Numbered from the stretch's first letter, positions 14,701 to 29,546 are shown. The stretch is 64,000 nucleotides of DNA from Octopus bimaculoides (GCF_001194135.2 NC_068995.1:50557610-50621609), one strand, 5' to 3'. Notes: generated from the letters alone by a model not told the origin. Translations and numbers: made by a program.

Positions 14701-17700
14701 ACAGTGAGTCGGAAATAGTAAAGAAAGACAAGAACACANNNNNNNNNNAGACAAGAGAGGGAAGCAGGAGAGATTGTAGAAAAGAAGTGTAGTGAGAAAA
14801 AAATAGAACTAAATAAGCTATCCATAGATTCTCCATTAACATGAGACATAATATTGGATATTTTCAGCAATTCCAATATAAAATCATGCATGAATAATGA
14901 TTTGAAAGATTCTAACACCAATATTCAATAACAGCAGTAAAATCATGCTGATGTTGATCTAATATTGGTGAGCGATAACAAAATAAACTAAAATGAAAGT
15001 GTGAATTTCTTTAAAGTTTTTTTTCGTAAGCAATGATGGAATAGGTTGGGTAAATTTCAGTATCTGCAGATGGTTGGAAGAATTTCTCTTTTGTTTTTGT
15101 TGGGTTTTTTTCTTTACATTTGGATTCCCTGTAATCACAAAGTAAAAAATGGAACCCAATGCTATTCAGGTAGTCTGAGGCAAACAGAGGTGTAGTAACT
15201 TATCCAGAGATACTACACAATGGTATGGTAAAATTTTTAACTCAGTAGCTTGGCACCTGAACCTTGTAACAATACAGACAAAACCTCAACACGAAGACCT
15301 CCGTGAGGTTGCTCAACTTGCCTGTAAGTAGCAGACACATATTTCTCCTATTACAGTCTACCATTTAAAAAAAAAAGAAAAGAAAATGATGAGATGGTCA
15401 TGGTAGGAATGAATACCTTTAGCCATAAACCCACTTGATTACAGTTGATTAGATATAATGAATGAGACAATTGTAATTGAAGAGTAAAAGGTGAGGTGAT
15501 CAAAAGCAAGACTGGATTAAAAAAAATAGTAAATTCAGATATTGATTGGATGGAATTGACATTTAACTCCAGGCCAACTACGACTCTCATGTCTTTTAGT
15601 CAGACAAAGTTTATCAAGAACTACATGATCCAAAATCTTGTTCATATCTTTCTTAAAATTATAGCATGTGATATTAGGCAGAGTCAACTGCTATTTCTAA
15701 AAGGTCAACCAATGACATAGAAACTCATTTAGTGGATGGCAGGTGTTTGTGGCTGCGTACCTCTTATGAGCTAGTTTCTATCATATAAAAGTGCAGGATA
15801 TGTTAACTGTAATACATACCATTGTAACAGTATACTTTACAGTAGTTAACCAGTAATTTAATTCCAGTGGACATTTTTATGTATATAAGTTGTTTAAAAC
15901 TATTCCCTTTTGACACTGTCTCTATTGTAGTTCAGAGCAGCTATTGTCCTTCAACACATTGTCTTTATTATAGTTGAAAGAGGCATAAGTCACACATAAG
16001 CCACAAAAAGCATTGTACTGTTTCAGATTTAGAATACATATTATCCTCAGGAAGTTAGAATTGTTTATAAATCATAGCAAATCTAACATGATATTCAACT
16101 TTGGGTAGGTTTGACGAAACATAAAAATGAGAAAGTCGAGACTAACGCAGATAAGAAACAATTAACTATTATAGGTAGTATCTATTACATGTAGTATTAA
16201 ATGTGGCATCACTATTACATGTAGTATCACATTAACTAATTTTGACAAATGATACATGTAAACAGGCACATTTAATGAGAACGACACAATAAATCATGGC
16301 AGTCCAGCAGTACTGAGTAATACCCTCGTACCCAATAGCTGTAATCTAATTGTATTTACTAGCTGTGATCCAAAGTAGTATCTTGAAGTTATTATGTAGT
16401 GGTATCTAACAGCTTTAATTTAAAATGGATCCAAATAACTGTAATCCAGTAGTATCCAATAGCTGTGTTCTAGTAACATCCACTTGCTGTAATCTAAAGT
16501 GGTACCTAATGGCTGTGATCTAGTGTGGTACCTAGTACTAGTGTGGTACCTAGTACAAAATATCCAGGGTCCCCCTTCAAAGTGTATGTTTACAACCAAC
16601 CAAAGAACCCAGTTATAAACCACAATCTCTCTGAATGCATACAAAACACATCAATTCCAAACTATAAGATCAAGAAACTAATTTAAAGAGTAAAGTTATT
16701 TTACTGTATCAATCCAAAATCATAGCATCTACCGAAGACAAAAGATGTGACAGAGTTGATTTATCACCACAAAGGCAAAGATTATTATTTACTCTTGAGG
16801 AAAAACTGGCCTTGGGTGGAACTGCCTTCCACAATGACTTCTTTGAAAAATAATATAACATCGTAGCATTTCAAGGAAGCAAGCTGGCAGAATCATTAGC
16901 ATGCTGGCACAAGGCCAGCAAATTTGGGGGAGGGGTAAGTTAATTACATCATCCCTAGTGTTCAACTGTAAGTTATTTTATCAGCCCTGGAAGGATGAAA
17001 GGCAAAGTCAACCTCGGTAGAATTTGGACTCAGAATGTAAAGACGAACTAAATGTCACTAAGCATTTTGTCCAGTGTTCTAACAATTCTGCCAGCTCACC
17101 ACCTTAATAATAATAACAATAACAATAATGATAATAATAATAATATTTTCTATTATAGGCACAAGGCCTGAAATAATAACAGTTTCAAATTTTGGCACAT
17201 AAAGCCAGCAATTTCAGGGGCAAGAGTAAGTTGATTACATCAACCTAATGCTTAACTGGTACTTATTTTATCGACCCCGAAAGGATGAAAGTCAAAGTTG
17301 ACTTCAGTGGAATTCGAACTCAGACTGTAAAGATGGACAAAATGTTGCTAAGTATTTTGCCCAATGTTCTAACGATTCTGCCAGCTTGCGACCTTACTAA
17401 TAATAATGATAATCCTTTCTATTATAAGCACAAGTTCAGAAATTTTGGGAGAGGGGACAAGTTGATTACATCAACCTTAGTACATGATTGGTACTTATTT
17501 TATCGACTCCGAAAAGATGAAAGGTAAAGTCGACCTCAGTGGAAATTTTAACTCAAAACATAAAGATGAAAGAAATAGCACTTAGCATTTTGCTGGTGTG
17601 CTAATAATAATGATAATCCTTTCTAGTAAAGGCACAAGGATTGAAATGTAGGGGGAAGGACTTGTTTCTAATATAGGCACAGGCCAGAACAGAAACATTG

Positions 17701-17748
17701 AGAGCAGTATCTGACACTCTACTCTCTCTACCTATCTATCTATCTTTC

Positions 17749-17798
<50 letters not shown>

Positions 17799-20700
17799 TG
17801 TATATACATACACATGCACACACACACAAATACACACATATAAATCAAAAAGGGCAAAGATTTATCTGTCATAGGAAACATTCTTTCAGTTTGTATTACG
17901 ATGGTGAATAAATAAGTTATTAAGTCCGGATATGATACAATTCTGTATTTTGGGGGAAAAAAAGAGAAAAAGATTAGATAAATAACTGCTGTAAAAGAGA
18001 CGTGCTCAAACTTGAAAATATTCTTCTTAAAATGCGTAGTAGTGGTTCATTGTGATATATACACAGGAAAAGAGAGAATAAACAAAACAAAAGAAAAAAA
18101 ACAGATTAAAGAAAACAAACCAACCCTTTTAGAGATTAAACATATAGAAAACACTCATGGCATAAACATCTGCACCATGCACTGCAGTCATGGAATGGAA
18201 GGCAAGGCTACGTGCTGCAGTATCCTGAGGGTCCATGGCCATTTTACAGAATTCTTCTTGATGAATTGAATCTGCTGCACATATTCAGCCACAAGGTCAT
18301 GTGATGTACACACAAATATATATATATATATATATATATACATGCAAAAAATCCACTCCCCCACATATGATTTTCAGTGAAATAAGACTATTCTTTGACA
18401 ATTCTTAACTCTTAGAAATACTGGTGGCTCAAAATCTAATCTATTCTGTATTTTCCAGCATACAATTCAAATTTTACAGATCAAAATTTATGACCAAATA
18501 AAACAGGTCAACTTATAAATCAAGACAGCTTTGGAGGACCAACAATTTCATGCAAAGTGCAGCAGGATTTGGAAAGATAGTGAAGGTTTTTAATTGTTTA
18601 CGCTATGTATTACATCAATTTGTATGCTGGAAATTATGCTAGAAGCACGCACACATATGCAACAACAGCAGGTGTTTCAAGACCATTTTCTTACTAAAGC
18701 AGAAGTTAGTCTTGCAACTCCAAAACAATCTTCTCTGTTTTATCTTATCCATTCCATGCCCGCTCACCGTCTCCCTTGTTCAACTCATCTTGAGCCATGT
18801 CTTCTTTAATTCTTCCTTTCCTTTCTTGCACATTCACTTCCATTACATCTCTCTCTCACTCAATCACTTTCAACCTTCTTCAACACATGACCCAGTCATC
18901 TCATCCCATTTATCAACATCTATTGCTGGCTTTATACCCATGATTCTTCACAATTCATTGTCTTTCTCTTCCTCTCCCTGTCACACACACATACAGCAAT
19001 ACTCTGCTCATCTATCAAACCATTTTCTTATTCCCAGCCTTCTATGCAACTTTTATATTTCATTACCCAGATCTTGATCCCCAAAATCATAGCACTTCTC
19101 ACATATGCAACATAAAGTTTCAGTGAATTCTTCCCTCCTCGTTAACACACACTTAGTTCCAAAACATTTTCCCTGATACATCTCAATTCAATAACACACA
19201 CACACACACACAGGATTCATAAACATACTGGTGACTCAACCGAAACTTCTGAGAAGTTACCGTAAGGTATATTATATCTGGTGTTGAAACTTCATTCAAG
19301 TTATATTTGTTCCAAAATTCAGAGATATAATGAGGAATACAATCTTTGTTGATGAACAACATTAAAAAAAATAAACTTTCAAAATTCAATTATGTCCACA
19401 CACACACACACACACATATATATATTGCAAATCATAAAAAGGGAAATAAAGCAGCAATAATTACAGACACAAGTTGGTTCAGTGAATAATGAAACCAAAG
19501 AAAGCAATTTGGCAAACATTTAGCAAACAGCATGGCACAGTTGATTTCTTTGATCAAAGAGATGCGGCATACTATATAGAAAGACATTGATTAACTTTGG
19601 CAATTTATTTTACCAAAAGTTTTGAAAAAATAAGTTATAGATTACAGGTCAATCAAATAGTGGAGATGTGATAAATGAGCAGAACAAAATATTAGAGCAC
19701 GGAAGAACCCAGAGTACAAAAAAAAAAATATATAAAAAACCAATGTAGACTCACTAAAGTACTGACAGTTGAAAGTAGATGACACTGTAAGTTAAGACAA
19801 TTAGAAATATACACTATAGTTCCAATAGTCCAAAATAGATAGACTGGAATATAGACTAAAGTACACATGTTGGATTTCAGACAGGACACACAAATCATAT
19901 TAGAGTTCCTTGAAGTACAGATGGGACACACCAGACAAGTTGGAGTATATAGGGGACACACAAGACATGTTGAAGTACAAAAGAGACACACCAGACATGC
20001 TGGAGTACATAGGGGACATATCAGACAAGTTGGAATATATAGGGGACACACCAGACATGTTGGAGTACATAGGGGACACACCAAGCATGCTCTGAGAAAT
20101 GAGACTACATAAGTAAAAACACAAATTAAAACAAACAGTTAAGACTAAATCTATTACACAACAGTATTGACTTAGGAAAATAGTTCTCTTGCACTATTTT
20201 ACTTTTCTTTTAATTAAAAGGAGGGGCGATACTTAAAACAGAGAATGTAAAATATAAAATGTCCTGGAAATTCATTTATTAAAAACGAAAAAAGTTCTGG
20301 AAGGAGAGACAATGCATTTGTGAAAGAAAATACAGAATAGAAAAAAAAAAAATAGACGACCACAACAACAACCATACCAACACCAACAACAACAACAACA
20401 ACAACAATTCTATTTAACATATTCATATTTTTGTTAATTACACAGGTCAGCCTGGTTGCATCTGGCATCTTGCCAAAAATGTATGGTTAACAACAGTTCA
20501 ATTAGAACAGCATATATATCTAAAGTGAAGCTGTTCACAGTTTGATAGGCTATTTCAAAAGAACACATTACTTATAGCTTTATTAACTGTATCATGTGTT
20601 TGTAAAAGCTTTGATGCAATTTAGATAAGACTTGGATTACAATTTAGTTTACTCTTTGATCAGATTTATGCTTAATCTAATGTAATAGGAAAAGCTGAAC

Positions 20701-21867
20701 ATTAAAAAGGAAATAGATTGAAACTGCCAACCACTTGTTGGATATAGATATTTTTTAAAGGTTATTGTGAAAACAACATGTGCCTTTTGAAATATAGCTT
20801 AATAAATACTATGTTCACATTTTAATGGAAGGAGAGATACAATCAAACTAAGAAATCAGGGACCTTTGCTAGTTGTAACTGAAAAGATTTATCTGAACTA
20901 GTGTTTGTTTAATTCCATGTTGATAAAAGGCTTGGTGATCAAGTCATCAAATATATTCAATTCAAATAAAATTATGATTTCGGCCGTTGCAAACATATAA
21001 AGTATTTAAGACAACTGAAGCCCCAAAACACGAGTCAATGCAGTGAAATGAAAGACTAATAATACAATAGTAAAAATAATGATAATTAATTTGAAGAATA
21101 AGTAGAAGGCCAAGTTGTAGAAGAAACGTCTAGCTTGCAGTTATTTCAAGAAAGAAGAAAAACAAAACAGGTCTTATCTGGATTTGAACTGCTAAACATG
21201 AAAAACCAGACCGGAACCCATAAAACTATTTGTATTTGAAAATAATTCTAATTTACTGAGGAAAGATAAACTTGTAAGCATCTTATCAAAGGAGCTGGCT
21301 ATTACATTTATATAACTGTGATAAGGGTGCTTAATTATCTAAAGCAGAGTAATTCATTAATTATCATTTGGAACGCCGAGCACTCCCAAGACCAAGAAGT
21401 ATGTCCAGCTGCCATTAGTTTACTCTCCTCTCTAAACTAATAGCTTGGTAACTAAACCTCTCTTCTCCACCGAGTGGCACAAAGACAGCCTAGATTTTAA
21501 CTAAACATCTTTTCTGCCTAGTGCTACGAAGACAGCCTCTGTACCATTACTGGTATGATAGAATGCACCTTGTCTATGTTGTAAAAACAGTTTATGTTAG
21601 GAAGGCCACCCATCAAGAAACATCGTGCCAAAATAATGGCACACAACAAACAACAGCATTGGCTGCTGCTGCTGCTTCTCAATTGTTTATCATTACAAAT
21701 GATTAAGAACTGAGGCAAGGACTGCAGTGAATGGAAAGATGAAGAACAGCAGCAGATGATGAAATAAAATCACAAGGAGGTTAGACACTCTAAAATACAT
21801 CAAGCCCATGCCAGCTTGGCAAAATGGACATAAAATGATGATGATGATTATAGTAATAATAATAATA

Positions 21868-21916
<49 letters not shown>

Positions 21917-22789
21917 CTGAAGGATGGCAGGCAAAGCTGACCTCAGCACGATTTTGAACTCAAACTGTAACGAAACTTAACTCAATACCACAAAGTATTA
22001 CTGATTCTACCCATCAATAATGGTTCCAAATTTTGGCACAAGGCCAGCAATTTAAGGAGAAGGGGGCTAAGTCAATTACATCGACCCCCAGCAATCAGCT
22101 GGTACTTATTTTATTAACCCTGAAAGGATGAAAGGCAATGGCAACCTTGGTGGAATTTCATCTCAGGACATTAACACAGACAAAATATGGCTAAGCATTT
22201 TGCCCAGTGTGTTCACTCGTATGAGAACATGGTCAGAAATGTGAGAAGAGAAGCTGGGGGTTGATGAGTACATCACTTCTGGTACTTGGCAAGTACATTA
22301 TTTTATTGACCCACAAGAATGGAAGACAAAGTTGACCTCAGCAACATTTGGAAAGACAGAATGTAAAGAGCAGGACAAACACAATGAAGCATTTTGTCCA
22401 GCATCCTGAAGACTCTCAATCCATCACCCTATCTGTGACTATATGTGCGTATGCATGTAGCTGTGTGCGTATTTGCATGTGTTAGTGTGCGCATTTGATG
22501 TATTAGTGTGCGCATTTGATGTATTAGTGTGCACGTTTGATGTGTTAGTGTGCACCTCTGTATTTGTTAGTGTACACATCTATATGTTAGTGTACACATC
22601 TATATGTTAGTGTACACATCTATGTGTTAGTATGCGTTTGCATGTAGTAGTTTGCACATATTAGTGCGCGCGTTTGCATGTATTAATGCACACATCTATG
22701 ATTGTTAGCGTGTGCTTCTCTACGTATTAGTATGCACATCTGTATATGTTCCTGTGTGTGTATATCTGCAAATATGTGCGTGTGTGTGA

Positions 22790-22823
<34 letters not shown>

Positions 22824-25800
22824 TATATATTTTTTAAAAAGCGGCAAAAAAGAAAAATTCTATATACAACAAAGTGAACAAATGATAAAACTCATGCAGA
22901 AAACAAGTTGAAAACTGAGAAACAAACAAAACAACTTAGCAAGGCAACAAATGTAAAGAGACAACAGCTCAATCCAAGCTACAAGGAGTTATAAATTCCA
23001 TACCACTGGGACAGAAAGTCCGACAGCTCCAGATCGGAAAGTTCTTCACTGGAAATTAATAGGAGAGAAAAAAATGATAACAAAGAAGGGAAAAAAAAAT
23101 GGTGAGATCAGGTTGATTAGAATAACAGGAATGCCTGAGGTCTTTCCGAAAATATATAAGGAATGTAAAATGGATAAAGAATTAGTGGGAGTGTTGGAAG
23201 GGAGGTGATAGTTTTTTTTGTTTTTTTTTTTAGTCAAAGGGCACGTGCTTTCATAATGATAGACATAACAACACAGATACAAATGGGAGCAAAAATACAA
23301 TTATCAGTCTAAACATTGAATTTTCATAAATTCAGTGTCAAAATATAGGAGGGAATACAAGAATACAAAAACATACTTGGCATAAAATTTATGGAAAAAT
23401 AAAAAAAATACAAAGAACAGTTCTTTTAAATAGTTTTTAAATACTTAACCAACATTTGGTTACATAGAATTAATCTAACGGATATTCTAACATGAGTAAC
23501 ATTTAATAAAGAGTTGAAGGAATGTAGGAAAAATAGTTTAAAAAATTTTTTTTTTTCTAAACTACAATTTAGCTAAGAGAGGTGGTGCAGTGTTCCTCAT
23601 CTTTGGAGGCCCATATTAGGCTGGGGAGATTAGTGTTGGTTGACATTCAGTTTGAAATATGGCTACATGGATGGCCTTAGTAAAAGTTTGTGTAGGGAGG
23701 GAACTCCTGATGGTTGCAGTTGAAGAAGAAGAAGAAGAAGAAGAGGAGGAGGAGAAGAAGAAGGAGAAGAAGAAGTGGAAGAAGAAGAGAAGAAAGAGGA
23801 AGGAAATGAGGAACAGGAGAAAGGGAAGGAGGGGTAGAAGAGAAGAGGAAGAAAGGAAGAGGAGAAGGTAGAAGAGAAGGAAGAAGAGAAGGAAGAAGAG
23901 AAAGGGAAGTGGCAGAAAAAAGGAAGAAGAGTAGAAATAGGAGGAAGGGGAGGAGGAGAAAGAGAAGAGGCAAAAGAAAAGGAAAGAAGGAAGAGGAGGA
24001 GGTGGAAGAAGAGAAAGAGAAAGAGAAGAGGCAGAAGAAAAGGAGGATGAGGAGAATTAGGTCAGGTGGGCCCAACTGGAAAGAGTCTGCAATGATCCAC
24101 CCCAGAGAAGCAAAACCTGTGAAGAAGAACAGAGAGGGGAAATTGTGAAGATTCTGCCTGCTGGTGATCTTAGCTTGCCATAACTTCCACTCAAGTTAAA
24201 CTGACAATGAGTCAAGTCTGTCTCATCTTTTGATCCTGTCAGACAACTCTATTACAACATTTGCTGATGCAGCTCTGCCCTAGCCTCGTTCTTCTTTTAC
24301 CAGCTGTGGTGTAGCCCAAGGTTCAATTACATCTCACCTTGCTTTCTTTGCATGTGAAGGTGTGTGTGGCTTAGTGGTTAAGGTACTCGGTTCAAAGTCG
24401 TAAGTTCAATACACGGCAGTGCATTGCATCCTTGAGCAAGTTACTTATTTCAAGTTACTTCAGTTCACTCAGCTGGCAAAAATGAGTTGTACCTATTTTT
24501 CAAAGGACCAGCCTTGTCATATTCTGTGTCACACTGAATCTTCTTGAGAACTATGTTAAGGGTATGCATGTCTGTGGAGTACTCAACCACCTGAACATTA
24601 ATTTCTTCTGTTGATCGGATGAACTGGAACCTTTGTCATCAAAATCAACACAGTGCTGGTTTAATGATTTACTTACACCCACCCTCCATTCCTCAAACTT
24701 ACTTTTACATAGTTATTATTCTTACAGAGTCTCAAAATCTCACACACCTTGCACCAGGCCCCCCAACTGTTCCCTAAACAGAGACATTGAAAACATTCTT
24801 CAGCCTGACTTCTTCCAATAGCACAAAGATAATTTGCTACATGGAGCAAAGAAACAGTTTTGTCACTGTAGATTGCTACAAATAAATGCTATGCCTCTCT
24901 CGCTCTAATTTTATCTCCATATATATAGCAATACTAAACTCAAAGATTAAGGTTTGCCTTCAGAGTATGAAAATAATTTAAATTTGAGCAGTTACTGCTT
25001 TGTATAAAGCTCAAGTAAAGTCTATACTAGAGCTCTGATTACATTATGTAGTCAGAGAAGAAAGGGCAAATTGATGAGGTCAATGTGATGTCATCCAGAT
25101 AAGCAAGGTCAATAAGGTTGGTTGACTATAGACCTAATCTATAGAAGACAATGTGGGCAGAATAGGAATTCCAAATTAATGCAGGGTGAAAGTAGTGTGA
25201 CACTTACAGAGGAGAAATGGGTGCAATAGATATTTCAAACAAGAAATAGTTATACTTAGATGTATCAGGAAGAGGTGAGAGGATGTTGTATGCACCTTGA
25301 TAATTCAGTCGATTAAGGAGAAGCTATCATTAAATTCTAAAACTACGAATTAAAATATATTTAGTGATTTTGGAAAAAACTATTCCTTTCTGCGTACTAA
25401 AATACTAAAGAGGATTTCTGAATAGCTTCTGAAAGAGCTACCTGACTTACTCAGAATCACTTGAATTCTCTTCTTCGTCACTTGCTTCCAGAAGTTCTTG
25501 AGATGATAGTGAGGGCCTCAAATTGTGTTCAAACTGTTCTTCTTCAGTCTCCTCTGACACACCTTCAATATAGTTTTCAAATTCTACTCTTTCAGGTGTA
25601 TTCTTCAGATTCAATTGAGAATCGTCTTTGACTTTGGGAGCTGCAAGAGGATGAAGCAGAAGATGAAATAATGATGCCAGGGGGGATAGTGAAGACTACA
25701 GAACATTCTACATAGAACATACACACAGTGTAAAGACATGAAAAGAAAAGTAGAAAATAGACAAGACAACAGTTGTATCTTTTGCTAATCCTGTGAAACC

Positions 25801-28800
25801 TGCAAATGCCATGGGCATTGACCTTTCTTTCCTTGACTAAGCCAAAGTAAGTGAGGGAGCACAGTAAAGACATTAACCATGCCTAAGTTTTTCAAGCAGT
25901 CACCTGTCTAAATAACAACCAGGCTCAACTTAACTTCAGTGATGGTGAAGTCACTGCTGTTATTAAGGTGAAGTGGTAAACAAGCTGTGTAGGAGGACGG
26001 CTGTCAGAGAACGCAAAAGCAATGGAAATGAAATCTAAAGAAATTACTTACCACCTTTCTTTTTAATTGAGGGTGACGTGCTTGGGGTGTTCTTGTAAGT
26101 TTCTGCCAAAGGTGGTATACGAGGTGGTGATGTGCCTGGTGTCAGATCTTGTTCATCCTGTAACCATTTTCAAATTTATTTACCATTAGTATTATCGATA
26201 TTATAAATAATAAACACATAACTGACAAACCAAGTTATAATTACATTTCAAATATAATGTTGCTTTTCTTGTCTATCAGAAACTAACAAATTCTAATTAG
26301 AAAATTTTAAAAAAATAAAAAATCAGAAACTTTTAATGCTATATCGCTATTTTACATGGGAATAAAAAACAACATTATTAATAATTCTTTCTATTATAGG
26401 CACAAGGCCTGGAATTTGGTAGCGGGAGGAGGTAGGGATGGAGGTTAGTCAATTACATCAACTCTAGTACTTGACTGGTAACTTAGTCATCAACCCTGAA
26501 AGCATGAGAGGCAAAGTCAACCTCAGCAACATTTGAACTCAGAATGTAAAGCCGGAAGAAATGCTGCTAAGCATCTTGTCCAGCACTCTAATGACTCTGC
26601 CAGCTTGCTGTCTTATAATAATAATAATAATAATGATGATAATAATAATAATAACCCTTTCTACTATAGGCACAAGGCCTGAAACTTTGGGGGAGGGGAC
26701 TGGGTGATTTCATCGAGCCCAGTGTTCAACTGGTACTTATCTTATCGACCCTGGAAGAACAGCAAAGTCAACCTCGGTGAAATAATAATAATAATAATAG
26801 TCCTTACTGCTATAGGCACAAGGTCTGAAATTTTGGGGGAGAGGACAAATTGATTACATCCCCCCACCCAGTATTTCACTGGTACTTAATTTATTGACTC
26901 CAAAAGGATGAAAGGCAAAGTTGACCTCGGTGGCATTTGAACTCAGAACATCAAGGTGAGTGAAATGCTGCTAAGCATTTCGCCCAGTGTGCTAATGATT
27001 CTACCAACAACAAAAACAACCAACCAGATATCAGTCTCCGACAGAGAAGTCCAAAGAATGGACCTTCACTGATGCAGCGATACCAGAGGATCAGAATATT
27101 GTGAAGACAATAAAGTCAGGATGTACCAAGACTTAGAATTGGAAATGAAATGAATCCATAGAGTCTCAAAAGTGAATGTGGTACCTATAGTGATCAGTGC
27201 ATTTGGTAACATGTCAGAGAGAAATATTCTGGCATCAAAAGCTGCAAATACCAAACTGCAAAAGAAGTACAGAGTTGGCAGCAATACTTGGAACAGCTTC
27301 TGTGTTGAGAAAAGTGTTACATCTCTAAGCTACGGGATAGAGCTGAGATGTGACACAGATAAATCAGAAGTTAAGTTAATAAATAATAATAATATTAACA
27401 ATAACAATCCAAAATATTACCATGGACAATCAATGAAGAGACCTAAATGTGGTTGCTTCACCTTGTGGGAAATATCAGCCAAATCTCAAAAAAAATTTTT
27501 TAAATCACATACTGTCACTTTCGAAAAAGAAAGGCAAACTGAATAATACAGTCTGAGACACATTATATTTGGTTGAGGGTGAAGAGAACTGGATGGTCCT
27601 GGTTGGAATGTCATTGATCATAGTTTCAGTCAGAATTGACCTAGGGCTAGACAATTTACCCATCAAAGCACCAAGTGACATCACACAACATTAGAAATAC
27701 TATGAGAACCACATTCCTCATTCCTGTGAGTGGGCCTCTATATGGTTGCAGGATCTACTAGAAACAGTAACCAAATTTCCCTTAAACCATACCTGATGTC
27801 TTAAAGTAGATATTTACACTACAATTTAGGATGTAGTATTAGACACTTGATTTCCCCACCTCCCAGGGAAGATCATTGTTAGAATTGACTTGGTCAAAGC
27901 TCTGCTCAGTCATGTGCTGATCACCATAAGCAACCACAGAACAACTGTAGTCCATACTGTATTATAGAAGATAGAAACAGAAACACTGACCTTTGTGGGT
28001 TCTTCTGTTAAACTGCGCTTTCTTCTCTGTCTCATCATTCCAACATGACGGAAGCAGTAAAACCTCACTAAAAGCAAAGGGGAGAAGATATACATGTATG
28101 AGAGAGAGAGGGAGAGAGATGGGAATAGGGGAGAGGTAAAGAGAGAGAGTTGAGGAAGTAGAATGAGTGAGTGAGAAAGTCAAAGAAGAAGAGGCAGTTA
28201 AAGAGAATTAGAGAGAAAGAGGGTAGGAGTTAGAGAACTGAAGGAAGAGAGAGAGAGAGAGAGAAGGAGAAGTGGGGAAGTGAAAAAGTTACAGGAGGAG
28301 AAGAAGAATTTAATTAGATGTAAGGTCATCTTTTGTATGAAATGTAGGAGTGGTCTTTGATTGACAGCTGACATGATTAGTTAATTATTTGTTAATTATT
28401 AGTTAATTATTGACTTTGAAGAGATGAAAGGCAACAGGTACAATAAGTACAAGATTTGATCCCTAAATATGCAACAAGAACAAAAATTAAACACATGATC
28501 CTTTACATGGTTGCTTGATCTGCTAGAAATATCAGCTAAGCCTTCCTAACATTTTTAAAAAAGACGATTCATTGAACAATGTAATCCATAATATATGAAA
28601 TGACTACATGGTCACCGTTGGAATGCTGCTGCTGATGATGATGACTGCAGAAAGCAGTTTTGTATGCCCAATTTATCTTTTGTTGAGGAATATGTCAAGT
28701 TTACTGAGGCAATGGGATTTGAAGAAAATTTCAATTCTATATTTTTATTAGATATTTAATGATATTTCTGGAATAACCATGAAATTTAATTTCGCAGTTA

Positions 28801-29319
28801 AAGGGTTGACAGTAGCAGTTTCAGGTAGGTTGGTGTTTAAATGAACCTGTTATCAATCAATGATGTAGTCAAAAAACAAAACAACAACAAAAAACGGTGA
28901 ATACCTTCTCCTGTGATGGTTCTATCACATGAGTAATTGCTTAGTCGTAAGTTGTTCTTGCAATGTTCACAACGTAAACAGCCACGGTGGAAAAATAGAC
29001 CTTCAGCACTCATTCGCTCCATTATATACACTCTTCTTTTACAAAAATAGCAAAATTCACTTGCAGGTTGAGCAGCCAGAAGTGTGGGATTGGATGTCTA
29101 ATGTGAGAGAAAAAAAGAAATGTTTATACATATATAGATACTATGATGAAATTATGTAGAATATACAATCTAAAATGCAATATTGACAACACATTAATGA
29201 AAATCTATCAAGATTTCATTGAGTACAAATGAAAGCAAAACAAAAGCTGTTCTGGCAGGTATATATTATTAGGAGTATACAAACCAAATTTATAACTGAA
29301 CAATGCTCTCTCATTCTCT

Positions 29320-29355
<36 letters not shown>

Positions 29356-29492
29356 TCAAGTTAATAAAAACAATAAATATTTCCATAAACAAACACACAC
29401 ATCATTTTCAATTGTTTACAGCCAGTTGAATGTGGCCAACCTGAGGTACTGGCCAGTATTTGCATAGATATGCATGCATACATGTGTATGTA

Positions 29493-29546
<54 letters not shown>

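Noticed and set aside
16870-17650. Repeat-spacer-like periodicity resembling CRISPR
   Set aside because: The units are about 200-bp SINEs separated by microsatellites in a eukaryotic intron; no cas genes.
23659-24148. Lys/Arg/Glu-rich and Leu/Phe-rich ORFs
   Set aside because: Products of a (GAA/GAG)n tract with no splice or phase support.
25592-25873. ORF-track frame overlapping exon 18
   Set aside because: Wrong frame; the conserved [10 protein letters not shown] peptide is in another frame starting at the 25640 acceptor.
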